64,000 nt of DNA, from the IMG/VR virus record IMGVR_UViG_3300021185_003723; one strand, 5' to 3'. Shown here one piece after another: positions 17,660-26,702 of this stretch. The notes under the pieces are model-generated. The model did no database searches. It saw only the letters and a list, made by a program, of their open reading frames with translations, and had not been told where the DNA came from. The stretch's first letter is position 1. Each line of letters begins with the position of its first letter. Both the position numbers and the translations under genes were made by a program. The stretch is from an uncultured virus (IMG/VR IMGVR_UViG_3300021185_003723) (Duplodnaviria > Heunggongvirae > Uroviricota > Caudoviricetes).

Positions 17660-18200
17660 TTTTCTTTTTTCCGTGTATTAATAAATGCAATCGATCTTCA
17701 TTTGAATTGTTTTCTACTGAGTGAGGATAGTGGATATTTAAAACAATAGGTACGCCAGGTGCATACGGTATTTCTTCTCCGTCGTGTACAAACTTGCTGC
17801 CTTTAGGATATGTAATAGATATATTTAAAGGATCAAGCCAATTGTGCTCTGGCACATCAACATGCTCAGCTATATAACCACCTGCCTTAATCACTAGATA
17901 TCGTACGTCATCGATGCGCGCGTATGGGAGTGAGCTGACAAATGCCATTGTCTTTGGACATAGTTCTCCGATAGATGTAATTTCTTTTTTGCTGTTACGT
18001 CCATATTCCCAATGGCTATTTGTGCTTTGAGCATTGACGCCATAGAGTGTCATAGCAAACCAGTCTTTATGTCCATCTTCTGGTCTATGAATAACCAGTG
18101 AATCTTTTACTGCGTTATACTCATTTTCAATGTCTAAACATGGAACATCAAATCCCATCTTAACCCATTTAGCGCTGTCGCTTCTTTTCATGATGGTCAT
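17622..18200 (-). CDS. Asp/Asn beta-hydroxylase-like oxygenase
   Basis: GGYIAEHVD...LNISITYP...HSVENNSNEDRLHLLIHG; AAGGA RBS before 18200. Confidence 0.8.
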   Translation of the reverse strand: MTIMKRSDSAKWVKMGFDVPCLDIENEYNAVKDSLVIHRPEDGHKDWFAMTLYGVNAQSTNSHWEYGRNSKKEITSIGELCPKTMAFVSSLPYARIDDVRYLVIKAGGYIAEHVDVPEHNWLDPLNISITYPKGSKFVHDGEEIPYAPGVPIVLNIHYPHSVENNSNEDRLHLLIHGKKKNEFWNYVEELRL

Positions 18201-18732
18201 AGTGATTTCCTTCAAATGGTGCAAATGCATTTATCCACCAACGATTTCTCGCGCCATCATCATCGTGGCCTAATAAATTAAGAAGTCCATAGCAAATGAA
18301 TGATAAAGGAACAAGTGAAATAAAATACAATACAAGCACTGGACTAATGGCAAAGGCTATAGCGTACGTTGCGATAAAAGTGTATAAACGATTTCTATGA
18401 AAGAATACGACGCGAGGATTTTCATACAAATCTTTAACAAACCTGCGAGGTATTTTTTTAATTCTGTATGTAGAAAACAATATTTCTAACCAGCTTTTGT
18501 ATTTAGGAGAATGTGGATCTTTTTCGGTATCAGCGTATGCATGGTGCATACGATGAACGCCTGCCCAACTTAGTGGCGAACAACCGCTAGCTATTGTTCC
18601 TGCCCATATGACAGTTGCTTCGAGCGGAGGAAATAGAATAATTTGTTTATGAGAGATACATCTATGAAATCCGACTGTTAAACCGACAGCAGCCATAATC
18701 CAATAGAAAGCATACATACTAATAAAAATCAT
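18169..18732 (-). CDS. membrane fatty acid desaturase (delta-9/DesC-like, compact)
   Basis: His boxes HRCISH, HRMHH, HYDHH; DTEKDPHSP; TM segments. Confidence 0.85.
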   Translation of the reverse strand: MIFISMYAFYWIMAAVGLTVGFHRCISHKQIILFPPLEATVIWAGTIASGCSPLSWAGVHRMHHAYADTEKDPHSPKYKSWLEILFSTYRIKKIPRRFVKDLYENPRVVFFHRNRLYTFIATYAIAFAISPVLVLYFISLVPLSFICYGLLNLLGHDDDGARNRWWINAFAPFEGNHYDHHEKKRQR

Positions 18733-18745
18733 ATCTCGCCTTTAT

Positions 18746-18772
18746 AAAAAATGGGGGCTAACCATGGCCCCC
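18746..18772 (-). terminator. intrinsic terminator after the porin-like gene
   Basis: GGGGGC-CATGGTTA-GCCCCC then ATTTTTT. Confidence 0.65.
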
Positions 18773-18804
18773 GCGTACTATTTAAGCCGTAACGCTATTA
18801 TATA

Positions 18805-19173
18805 TTAGAATGAAAAGCTAGCACCAACGACGACGTCAGAGCGAGTTTCTTTTTCTAAATCATAACCAGTTTCAACATATACTTCTGCATTATCGAAGAT
18901 ACCATAACCGACTTTAAAGTCAAGTGTTGGATTTGTATCCATGAATACAAACTCGTCGTTGTAAATCATGAGATCAGTTGAAAGCGTAAAGTCCATGCCG
19001 TAAAGACCATAACCCATTTCTGGAGTAAGTTCAACGGTCATGTTTTCAACATCGACATTATATTCAGCAGTTGTTGTGGCACCAAGTGAGATACCTGTAG
19101 TACCAAGCTCGGCGGCTTGAATAGTTGTTGCTGAGGCCAGCAACGCAGCAGCAGTAATAGCAGCAAATTTCAT
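18805..19173 (-). CDS. small outer-membrane beta-barrel/porin-like protein
   Basis: Signal peptide MKFAAITAAALLASATTIQA; amphipathic beta strands; C-terminal VVVGASFSF. Confidence 0.7.
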   Translation of the reverse strand: MKFAAITAAALLASATTIQAAELGTTGISLGATTTAEYNVDVENMTVELTPEMGYGLYGMDFTLSTDLMIYNDEFVFMDTNPTLDFKVGYGIFDNAEVYVETGYDLEKETRSDVVVGASFSF

Positions 19174-19197
19174 TAGTTTATTTCCCTTATAAGAAAG

Positions 19198-19428
19198 TTA
19201 TTTTCGATTCCAGATTTCGTATAGAACCCAAACAGCAAGTAAACCTACAAGGCCTTGTGATCCCAATGCGGCTATCATAGCACTTACATTAGCCACAACG
19301 CTTACAGCAGGAATGAATGGAAGTGTTCCCACACCCAATACTTCAAGTACAATCATGAGAGCGGCGATACTAATACCGACTTCTGCTAATCCAGCAGCCC
19401 ATGTTTTTACTTTGTTTAGAATGTCCAT
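19198..19428 (-). CDS. small membrane protein
   Basis: Two hydrophobic segments; AAGGGGA RBS. Confidence 0.7.
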   Translation of the reverse strand: MDILNKVKTWAAGLAEVGISIAALMIVLEVLGVGTLPFIPAVSVVANVSAMIAALGSQGLVGLLAVWVLYEIWNRK

Positions 19429-19449
19429 AGTTGTCCCCTTAAGAAGTTA

Positions 19450-19703
19450 AAACGCCACACTTCTGTTACTAGGCAGTGACCGCCCTCTTAATTATGCAGC
19501 TAGTGCGTAACCAGATGGTGCAAAGTTATTGTTTGCATTTGTAGTGATTGACCTATTTCGCAGTCAGCCGGTAAACTCCACGTCACTTTCACACCTGTCG
19601 ATCCTATTTCAGCCCCATCAAAAATACACATTATGTACTTATGGTGGAGCTGCCGGGTACCGCCCCCGGGTCCAGTATGTGTCTACGTTGCTTCAACGTT
19701 TAC
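19450..19703 (-). ncRNA. ssrA: circularly permuted two-piece tmRNA
   Basis: Acceptor piece ends GGGGGCGGTACCCGGCAGCTCCACCA (19642); spacer; coding piece starts GGGGCTGAAATAGGATCGAC (19616); tag ANNNFAPSGYALAA* at 19536-19492; outer ends approximate. Confidence 0.9.
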
Positions 19704-19797
19704 AAGATTATTTATGATGTATTCAGCGTAATCTTTAACTATACGTGGGCTGTGTGATATTATTATCACCCTTCCGTCTTCGCCATAAGCTGTGTAT

Positions 19798-20154
19798 TTA
19801 TTCTTCCTCTTGACTATCGTGTACATGTAATTGTAATAGCGCGTAATGAATGACTTTTAAAAGATCTTTGCGCGCATCCTCTCTAGTACCTTTTTTGCCA
19901 TAACGATTTGCATACTTGTCAACATTACCCATACAGAAACCTGTGCCGTGACCTCTAGCAATAATAACCTCTGTTGATTGAAACTTATTTGTAGCGTAGT
20001 GACCTTTATACGTTGAGTCAATATATTCCTTTAGCTCTTGTATATATTCATCTTCGCTAAACTTATAATCGATTAGATTAAGTTCTGGGAAATCAAATGT
20101 AGTATCGCCTAGAGTTATAGTTAAGTTGTCTGTCGTCATGATTGAATCCTTCAT
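19798..20154 (-). CDS. DUF3310-like conserved T4-like phage protein
   Basis: YIDSTYKGHY...GHGTGFCMGNVDKYANRYGKKG...DLLKVIHYA; alternative start 20139. Confidence 0.75.
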   Translation of the reverse strand: MKDSIMTTDNLTITLGDTTFDFPELNLIDYKFSEDEYIQELKEYIDSTYKGHYATNKFQSTEVIIARGHGTGFCMGNVDKYANRYGKKGTREDARKDLLKVIHYALLQLHVHDSQEEE

Positions 20155-20643
20155 TTATTTTTCCCAATAGAAGATATGTGCTCCGATACGAGCAATACGG
20201 TTAAGTTTCTTTGACCAGAATGGTTTAGCATAAGTGGCATGATAATGTGTTGCACCTTCAGTGATTCCACGAAATTCTCCATGAATATACATGTCACGAG
20301 CAAATTTACGTGACTTTTCCCATGCTTCATCATCGTGTGGAGTATCTGATTTACCATCACAATACCAGCTAAATTGGCAATAGCGATTACCTTTTTTATA
20401 TCCTTGATGAACTACCTCGCATGGTGTGTTTGGATAGCGCGTGGTTTCTACACGATTTAAAACAACATCAGTAACTGCCATTGCATCGGCTAAGCTACGA
20501 GCATGTGTCTCGTAATAAACATTAAGAGCTAAGCATTCTAATTGTTTTTCCTGTTCTACCTTTTCTGCTGCGTCTACTCCAATAGCCATAACGCTTGTTG
20601 CAACTATAGTGTTAATCATTACTGATGCGATTAACTTTTTCAT
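20155..20643 (-). CDS. cell wall hydrolase, SleB/Hydrolase_2 family
   Basis: CLALNVYYE, VVLNRV, CQFSWYCDG, GATHYHA, IGAHIFY; N-terminal signal-like segment. Confidence 0.9.
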   Translation of the reverse strand: MKKLIASVMINTIVATSVMAIGVDAAEKVEQEKQLECLALNVYYETHARSLADAMAVTDVVLNRVETTRYPNTPCEVVHQGYKKGNRYCQFSWYCDGKSDTPHDDEAWEKSRKFARDMYIHGEFRGITEGATHYHATYAKPFWSKKLNRIARIGAHIFYWEK

Positions 20644-20673
20644 GGTACTGCCTCATTTTTTTTATATGAGTAT

Positions 20674-20702
20674 ACCTTAACATGTTTTAAAAGCAATGTA
20701 CA
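20674..20702 (-). promoter_or_regulatory. sigma70-like early promoter
   Basis: TGTACA-17-TAAGGT with the upstream TAACTG context shared with other copies. Confidence 0.6.
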
Positions 20703-20705
20703 CAG

Positions 20706-21359
20706 TTAATTTACATAAAATGGAAATATTTTTGTAATTACTTTAGCAATTTCTTCTGCCAATTGCATATGCTCAAGCTGTGTTCCATTTGCTGTACGAA
20801 GTTCGATATAATGAATCCAGCTACGAAGCGTGCCATTAACATAGAGCCGACTAACTGTGTTACCTTCTGGCAAGACTGCTCTGGCTTGTTCTTTGGCTAT
20901 ACCATTTTCTATTGCCCAGTTGTATGCCATCTTAGCCGTTTCAACAACGGCCATCTGTTTGTTTGCCCACTCATCTTCCAAAGCAGCGTCTATATTTTCA
21001 ACACTGTTCTGGCGATTCTTTAGATCTTGTAGACGAGCTTCTCGAATTACAAAATTATTATCAAGATCACGAATATCAGCATAACGCTGACTAAACTCCT
21101 GAAAGGAAAACGACCTGTGTCTGAGGAACTGTCTCGCAATGTCTCTTGTCGTTTCAACTTCGAGCGTGGCTGAGCACATTTCGAATGGCGACCAGTGTTT
21201 GTGCTTGATGAGGTAGTCGAGGAGTTTTCCCGATGTCTCTGAGTTGATTTGGTTGGATGGGTTGGAGACACGGGCGCAATACGCGACGATGTCTTGTAGA
21301 TCGTTGAGACCGACGATATCTTCTGGTGGTTGAGTGTAACCAATTAATCTTACTTTCAC
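20706..21359 (-). CDS. thyX: flavin-dependent thymidylate synthase
   Basis: HWSPFE, RHRSFSFQEFSQRY, AKEQARAVLP, LRSWIHYIELR. Confidence 0.95.
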   Translation of the reverse strand: MKVRLIGYTQPPEDIVGLNDLQDIVAYCARVSNPSNQINSETSGKLLDYLIKHKHWSPFEMCSATLEVETTRDIARQFLRHRSFSFQEFSQRYADIRDLDNNFVIREARLQDLKNRQNSVENIDAALEDEWANKQMAVVETAKMAYNWAIENGIAKEQARAVLPEGNTVSRLYVNGTLRSWIHYIELRTANGTQLEHMQLAEEIAKVITKIFPFYVN

Positions 21360-22723
21360 AGTTTAAAATCCTCAAATCGCTTATTCATTTCTGCCCGATC
21401 AAAGACCGGAGTATCATCACTAAGAGTCTGACTAGTTTCATCAACGTCGTACAATCTCATCTTAGATCTATCGACGCCAACTACAAATTTCTTTTTATAT
21501 GTTGGATCGTTGTATCTGTTCTTTAATTGCTTGACCATAATCTTTCCTTCTTTCTCAAGTTCTTCGGAAGAGATAAGTGCAAACATTAAGTCGGCGGTTG
21601 CGGGTAATCCAAAAGACTCTGACGTATCTTCAAGCCCAATATCCGAGTTAGAAAAACCGCTACGAGTCGTTTGCGTTGCAGAGACGACCGGTACGTCAAA
21701 CTCGACCGCAAGACCACGTAGTTCTTCAGCAATTGCTTTAATGTATGTATAGGAATTGATTGATCCTCCCATTGCTTTCATACGTGAAGATGCACAGATA
21801 TTTAGATAATCAATGAAGATAATATCTGGTTCAAACTTCTTTTTAAGTTTTAATTCATTTAGTAACGCCCTAAAGTGTCCAGAGTGTGCCGAACCAGTAG
21901 GGTACTCTTTTACAATAAGTCGACCATTAGTTTGTTTGGCAAGCTGTGATACTTTCTGCGAGAACATATCTTTTGAAAGCTTATCAAGTTGGTCAATTGG
22001 AATGTTAAGAAGGTTAGCATCAATTCGTTCAGCGATACGTTCTTCTGCCATTTCCATTGTAATGTACAGAACATTCTTTTGATCTGTAAGACAGGCTGCA
22101 GCTTGATGGCACATGAATAATGACTTACCGACACCAGTACCAGCTAAACAAATATTCAAAGATTTATTTGGCAAGCCGCCTTTAGTAATTTTATTAAAAT
22201 AGTCGAGATCAAACGCAACGCGTTCTTCAAGCCTATGATAAAATTCATATCGATCATTGAAGTTACCAAGATAGTCATGGCCGATATTTGCGTCAAAGTT
22301 GACTGCCAGAGCGTCAGAGAGGATCTCTGGTAGTGCATTCTTTGAGAGAGATTGATGTTTACCATCGATAATACTGATAGATTCCATTACAGCATTATGT
22401 AATGCTCTATCCTGACACCACTTCTCAGTTTTATCAATTAGCCAATCGCCGTCAATTTCTTCTGTTTTAAATATCTCAGGTAGGATTTCTACCGCATGAC
22501 GATATTGTTCATCGTTAAAATTGTCAGCATCGTCTAACTCAATTTTAAAAGATTCTTGAGTCGGTAGTTTATTATATTTCTGGACATATAGTCCGACTTG
22601 TTTAAACAGTTGGCGATAGACGCCTTCAAAATAATCATTCTTTATAAAAGGCAAAACCTTCCGCATGAACTTATCATCCACTAGAAGGTTTCGCAATATA
22701 GTCTGTTCAATGTTTGTATTCAA
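21356..22723 (-). CDS. gp41: replicative DNA helicase
   Basis: LAGTGVGKSL, KEYPTGSAH, IDYLNIC, SATQTTRSG, QLKNRYND. Confidence 0.95.
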   Translation of the reverse strand: MNTNIEQTILRNLLVDDKFMRKVLPFIKNDYFEGVYRQLFKQVGLYVQKYNKLPTQESFKIELDDADNFNDEQYRHAVEILPEIFKTEEIDGDWLIDKTEKWCQDRALHNAVMESISIIDGKHQSLSKNALPEILSDALAVNFDANIGHDYLGNFNDRYEFYHRLEERVAFDLDYFNKITKGGLPNKSLNICLAGTGVGKSLFMCHQAAACLTDQKNVLYITMEMAEERIAERIDANLLNIPIDQLDKLSKDMFSQKVSQLAKQTNGRLIVKEYPTGSAHSGHFRALLNELKLKKKFEPDIIFIDYLNICASSRMKAMGGSINSYTYIKAIAEELRGLAVEFDVPVVSATQTTRSGFSNSDIGLEDTSESFGLPATADLMFALISSEELEKEGKIMVKQLKNRYNDPTYKKKFVVGVDRSKMRLYDVDETSQTLSDDTPVFDRAEMNKRFEDFKL

Positions 22724-23133
22724 AGCATTCCACTTTCTCGCATGTTTTTACGGATATTAGTAGCACTAATCTTATGAATCTCTTCACCGAGATCGTGCTC
22801 AGTAAAAGTATACCCGACACCACGACCGTAACTAATGTCAACGATGTTTGGTACCTCCATTATAACATACTCGTTATTGATTGTAAATCCCTCATTTTGC
22901 AAATTAAGAATAATTTGCGCAGATACGAAATTAAAATCAAATGGGTTATCATCTTGCTTTGCGGTACGACCACCGCCAGCATCTAGACCAATAATTCCAC
23001 CAACATCACGAACCATAATAGCAACTTGGCCAGTTTGTTCTAATGCTTTTTTGAATAGAGTCGTATGGCCTTTATGCCACGGTTGCCATCTTCCCAGCAT
23101 TTGTGCTGTAGGTTTTTTCCAATCAAATGCCAT
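22720..23133 (-). CDS. HIGH-family nucleotidyltransferase (small)
   Basis: GRWQPWHKGH, YGRGVGY, ISATNIR; likely start MAFDWKK. Confidence 0.75.
   Translation of the reverse strand: MAFDWKKPTAQMLGRWQPWHKGHTTLFKKALEQTGQVAIMVRDVGGIIGLDAGGGRTAKQDDNPFDFNFVSAQIILNLQNEGFTINNEYVIMEVPNIVDISYGRGVGYTFTEHDLGEEIHKISATNIRKNMRESGML
22859..22887 (-). promoter_or_regulatory. intragenic early promoter upstream of gp41
   Basis: TTTACA-17-TATAAT with extended TG. Confidence 0.6.
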
Positions 23134-23545
23134 GAGATTTCTTAAGCTCCTTTGCAAAAAGTTGTATTTCTTCGTCAGACTTAAATCCGTTCACGACATA
23201 TGTGGCGTCATTAGGTTTTTCAAACATTTTGTTTGTATCCTCAAATCTACCTTCTTCTATCGTGTTCATCCATATCATGATTTCATGACTAAACAGTTTT
23301 CGAGTTTCATTAGTAGGACATACAAAATCACATATCACAGTTCTGCCACGAGCACCTTCAAACATTGCGATACTATTCATTCGTTCGGCCTGCCTTCTTC
23401 GGCCCACATCTGAGAAGTCCCAATCGTTAGCCATTTTACGAACAGCATCGGCATTGAACCAGGCGCAATCATCTAGCCAGCCTTGTAATCGCAATGCTAA
23501 ATGTGTCTTACCAGAACCTGGTAAACCCATAATTAATATTCTCAT
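23123..23545 (-). CDS. adenylylsulfate kinase-like P-loop kinase
   Basis: GLPGSGKT, NADAVR, DWDFSDVGRRRQAERM, ICDFVCP, FEKP. Confidence 0.75.
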   Translation of the reverse strand: MRILIMGLPGSGKTHLALRLQGWLDDCAWFNADAVRKMANDWDFSDVGRRRQAERMNSIAMFEGARGRTVICDFVCPTNETRKLFSHEIMIWMNTIEEGRFEDTNKMFEKPNDATYVVNGFKSDEEIQLFAKELKKSHGI

Positions 23546-23850
23546 TTTTGCTCCGTTATCTGCACTTCATCACGGGTGATACCCATCTCAATCACGTCAT
23601 GAAGGATCATCCCGCAGTATTGCTGTAGGGCTTCGTTATCTGTTGTTAAATCTGGGTCGGGTGACTCAACAATAGTAAAATTAAAATTAATTGATTCGTT
23701 CTCGCCGTCAATGCTAAGGTTACCAAATGATATAACAGTTTCAATAAATGGGCCAGTCAACGCACGAATCCACCATGCCTGCTCATTTGTTTGAGCAGCA
23801 GGGATCAGCTCATAGTCGATCCCTTCTGATAATTTATTTACATCAATCAT
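23542..23850 (-). CDS. hypothetical protein downstream of uvsX
   Basis: Acidic 102 aa ORF coupled to its neighbours. Confidence 0.7.
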   Translation of the reverse strand: MIDVNKLSEGIDYELIPAAQTNEQAWWIRALTGPFIETVISFGNLSIDGENESINFNFTIVESPDPDLTTDNEALQQYCGMILHDVIEMGITRDEVQITEQK

Positions 23851-24889
23851 TTACAATTGCATCCATTGATACTTCTTCTTTATACCCTATTGAATATTGC
23901 TTTTTAACAAACTCTTTGAAGTCTGTATTAGCAAACACTGGCTCCCAAAACGTTTGTAACAATGTGTCCTTTTCACGGACCTTTCTCTCATCAACTTCAC
24001 CCGTAGTTTGATCTACGTAAGAGTACCAGCCGTTTGAAGGCTTAGTAACATATCCACCTGCAAGAGCAACATCAAGCAGACCAGAGTATTTTTCTACGCC
24101 GCCATCCCATGAAACCGTAATAGGTATTTTAGATTTCTCTTTAACAAACCGTGATTTCTCTACGTTAATAACAAAATCATAGCCTGAGATCTCTGTGCCC
24201 TTTTTATTCTGACGGCGGCCTAAGATCCAGATGTTATTGGCAGAGTAATAAATGCCCGTGCCGCCTGAGACGATTGCCTTAGGGAACAAACCAATTTCTT
24301 GGTATGTGTGGTTAATAGCAAGCATACAGATATTTTTCATAGCAAGGTAAGGTGTTGCCATACGGAACAAACCTTTAAGTGCTTTAGCACGAGACATATC
24401 TGCAACAGACTTTTCGTTCATTGTATCTTCCATCTCTTTTTTAGATGCAAGGTTGCCGATCGAATCGATTACGATGATTACTTCGTCTTTCTTGTCAAGC
24501 TCTTCAAGCTGCGCAATAAGATCAAACTTAAGTTCTTCGACATTTGTAATAGGTGTGTGAAGCACGCGTGCCGGATCTACATCAAACTGTTCAAAGTACG
24601 ACTGTGGCGAGCCAAACTCTGAATCATAAAACAACATAACTGCATTTGGATTTTTTTCCATATATGCGCCGGCCATAAGCAAGGCGAACGATGTTTTAAA
24701 GTGTTTTGATGGGCCAGCAAGAACTGTTAGCCCAGGTGTCAGCCCACCATCAATAGAACCTGACAGGGCAACATTAACCATTGGTACTGCTGTAGATGTC
24801 ATTTCTTTTTCATTAAAAAACTTACTCTCAGATAAAACAGCAGTATGTTTTAGCTTAGACGTTTTCTTTAGTTTGTCCATTACGCTCAT
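23843..24889 (-). CDS. uvsX: RecA-like recombinase
   Basis: LAGPSKHFKT, FYDSEFG, DSIGNLASKKE, INHTY. Confidence 0.95.
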   Translation of the reverse strand: MSVMDKLKKTSKLKHTAVLSESKFFNEKEMTSTAVPMVNVALSGSIDGGLTPGLTVLAGPSKHFKTSFALLMAGAYMEKNPNAVMLFYDSEFGSPQSYFEQFDVDPARVLHTPITNVEELKFDLIAQLEELDKKDEVIIVIDSIGNLASKKEMEDTMNEKSVADMSRAKALKGLFRMATPYLAMKNICMLAINHTYQEIGLFPKAIVSGGTGIYYSANNIWILGRRQNKKGTEISGYDFVINVEKSRFVKEKSKIPITVSWDGGVEKYSGLLDVALAGGYVTKPSNGWYSYVDQTTGEVDERKVREKDTLLQTFWEPVFANTDFKEFVKKQYSIGYKEEVSMDAIVND

Positions 24890-24900
24890 TATAAGCTCCT

Positions 24901-25821
24901 CTAAAAATAGGATTTATACCAGGAAATAAATTTAGTTATCCCGGCTTCAACTGTAGTCTTCGGCTCATAGCCTAGTCTTTTGATTTTAGTAATATCTGCT
25001 AAGGTATGCTGCACGTCTGCTGGATGCATCGGTGCAAATTCTTTAATAGCTTCAATACCTAAATTCTCTTCAATAAGTTCGACAAAGCGCATGAGCGGAG
25101 TTGACTTGCCCCCGCCAATGTTGTATATGTCATGGCCTTCGCTTTTTGTAACTTTGTCTATAAGTAATTGTACACCATTTATGATGTCTTGTACATAGGT
25201 AAAATCACGCGACATATCACCATTGTTGTAAATAGTTATAGGCTGATTATTTACAATCGAGTCCGCAAAGCTATACAATGCCATGTCAGGTCGTCCGAGA
25301 GGGCCATAAACTGTAAAAAATCTAAAACCGATCGACGCAGGAATTTTACTATGTTTAAACTGGCACTCATTTGCGTATTTGCTCCATGCGTACGGATTAC
25401 TTAAATGTGGGACAAGCGTGTCTTCAGTAAAGTTGTTGCCACCATAAACAGAAGACGAAGATGCATAAACTACAGGTATTTGATATTTCTCAGCGATATT
25501 GATAACTTGCTGAGTTCCTGTAACGTTATTATCTATATAGGTTTGCGGATTTTCAAGCGAATATCTTACGCCTGCGTAACCTGCCAGATGTAGAATAACA
25601 TCAGCGTCTTTAACTATATCGCTCATATGCAGTGTAGACAAAGATCCATGATCTACACGGATCTGTCTTTCCTTTAATAACTTGGCGCGCCAGTTCTTGA
25701 GGTGGACGTCATAGTACGAATTAAAGTCATCAATGCCAGCCACCTGATGCCCGGCTTCTTGTAAGTTCCAAGCAGCGTGATATCCTATAAAGCCTGCGAT
25801 ACCTGTTATAACAATTTTCAT
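24901..25821 (-). CDS. NAD-dependent epimerase (UDP-glucuronate 4-epimerase-like)
   Basis: TGIAGFIG, HLAGYAGVRYS, YASSSSVYG, YAWSK, RFFTVYGPLGRPDMA. Confidence 0.9.
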   Translation of the reverse strand: MKIVITGIAGFIGYHAAWNLQEAGHQVAGIDDFNSYYDVHLKNWRAKLLKERQIRVDHGSLSTLHMSDIVKDADVILHLAGYAGVRYSLENPQTYIDNNVTGTQQVINIAEKYQIPVVYASSSSVYGGNNFTEDTLVPHLSNPYAWSKYANECQFKHSKIPASIGFRFFTVYGPLGRPDMALYSFADSIVNNQPITIYNNGDMSRDFTYVQDIINGVQLLIDKVTKSEGHDIYNIGGGKSTPLMRFVELIEENLGIEAIKEFAPMHPADVQHTLADITKIKRLGYEPKTTVEAGITKFISWYKSYF

Positions 25822-26702
25822 CTTTCGTTAACTGGAGCAACTTCTCCACTCATATTGTACTGCACGTTCTGAGCCTTTTCACGATCATCTAATTCATAGA
25901 GCGATCTATATATGTCGTTTTCTTCTATAACAAAATCAAGAATTGGAAACTGTTGTCTGCCGGGTTTGCTCTGAGCATAAGAATTAAATGCTCTTGTATC
26001 TTTAGGAAAGCACGCACCTCCAAACCCTAGTTTGCCATCATAGCCTGGTGTGCGTGTATGTGAAGAATTAATTCGTTCGTCAGTTGACATAATGCTAATG
26101 ACCTTATCAGCATTGCCACCACGATCATTGACTAGTTCTTTAAACTGATTGAACCATAACACTTTTGATGCAAGATAACAATTAAGACCATACTTAATAA
26201 AGCTTGCATCTGCCACAGTCATATGATAAACTGGCACATTGACGTTAACCATGCTATATTCATAATAAATGCGCGCTAATTCATCTGTAGCTTCTTTATT
26301 ACCTCCAAAGACATGCATGCGTGGATTGACGATGTCTTGATTTGCATTTTTCTCAGTAAGAAATTCTGGTGCGTATACAATGCGGCGTTTAAGATTATCT
26401 GTAATAATCTCGTCTAAGATGTCTGGTGTAACAGTTGATTTAATAACGATCAAGCCAGTCATCCGCCGCTTAATTTTTTTCATAGTGTCTATCAAGATAG
26501 ACGCATCAATTTTACCATCTTCGCCCATAGGCGTAGGAACACACACAAACGTAACATCTTCTTCTAATTTTTTAGTCGAATCAATACAGCTGCCATAGAT
26601 CGGATCAATGATTTTCTTTTCAACATTGTGTTGGAAAGCGTAGTCAATAGCTTTGCCTACAAAACCATGGCCAACAATAGTCATGCGCAGTTTATTATTC
26701 AT
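25818..26702 (-). CDS. UDP-glucose/GDP-mannose 6-dehydrogenase family protein
   Basis: GHGFVG, FVCVPTP, IKSTVTP, PEFLTE, GFGGACFPKD. Confidence 0.9.
   Translation of the reverse strand: MNNKLRMTIVGHGFVGKAIDYAFQHNVEKKIIDPIYGSCIDSTKKLEEDVTFVCVPTPMGEDGKIDASILIDTMKKIKRRMTGLIVIKSTVTPDILDEIITDNLKRRIVYAPEFLTEKNANQDIVNPRMHVFGGNKEATDELARIYYEYSMVNVNVPVYHMTVADASFIKYGLNCYLASKVLWFNQFKELVNDRGGNADKVISIMSTDERINSSHTRTPGYDGKLGFGGACFPKDTRAFNSYAQSKPGRQQFPILDFVIEENDIYRSLYELDDREKAQNVQYNMSGEVAPVNER

Noticed and set aside
19529..19717. Plus-strand 62 aa ORF, or a tRNA-Ala-like call
   Set aside because: Explained by the two-piece tmRNA on the minus strand
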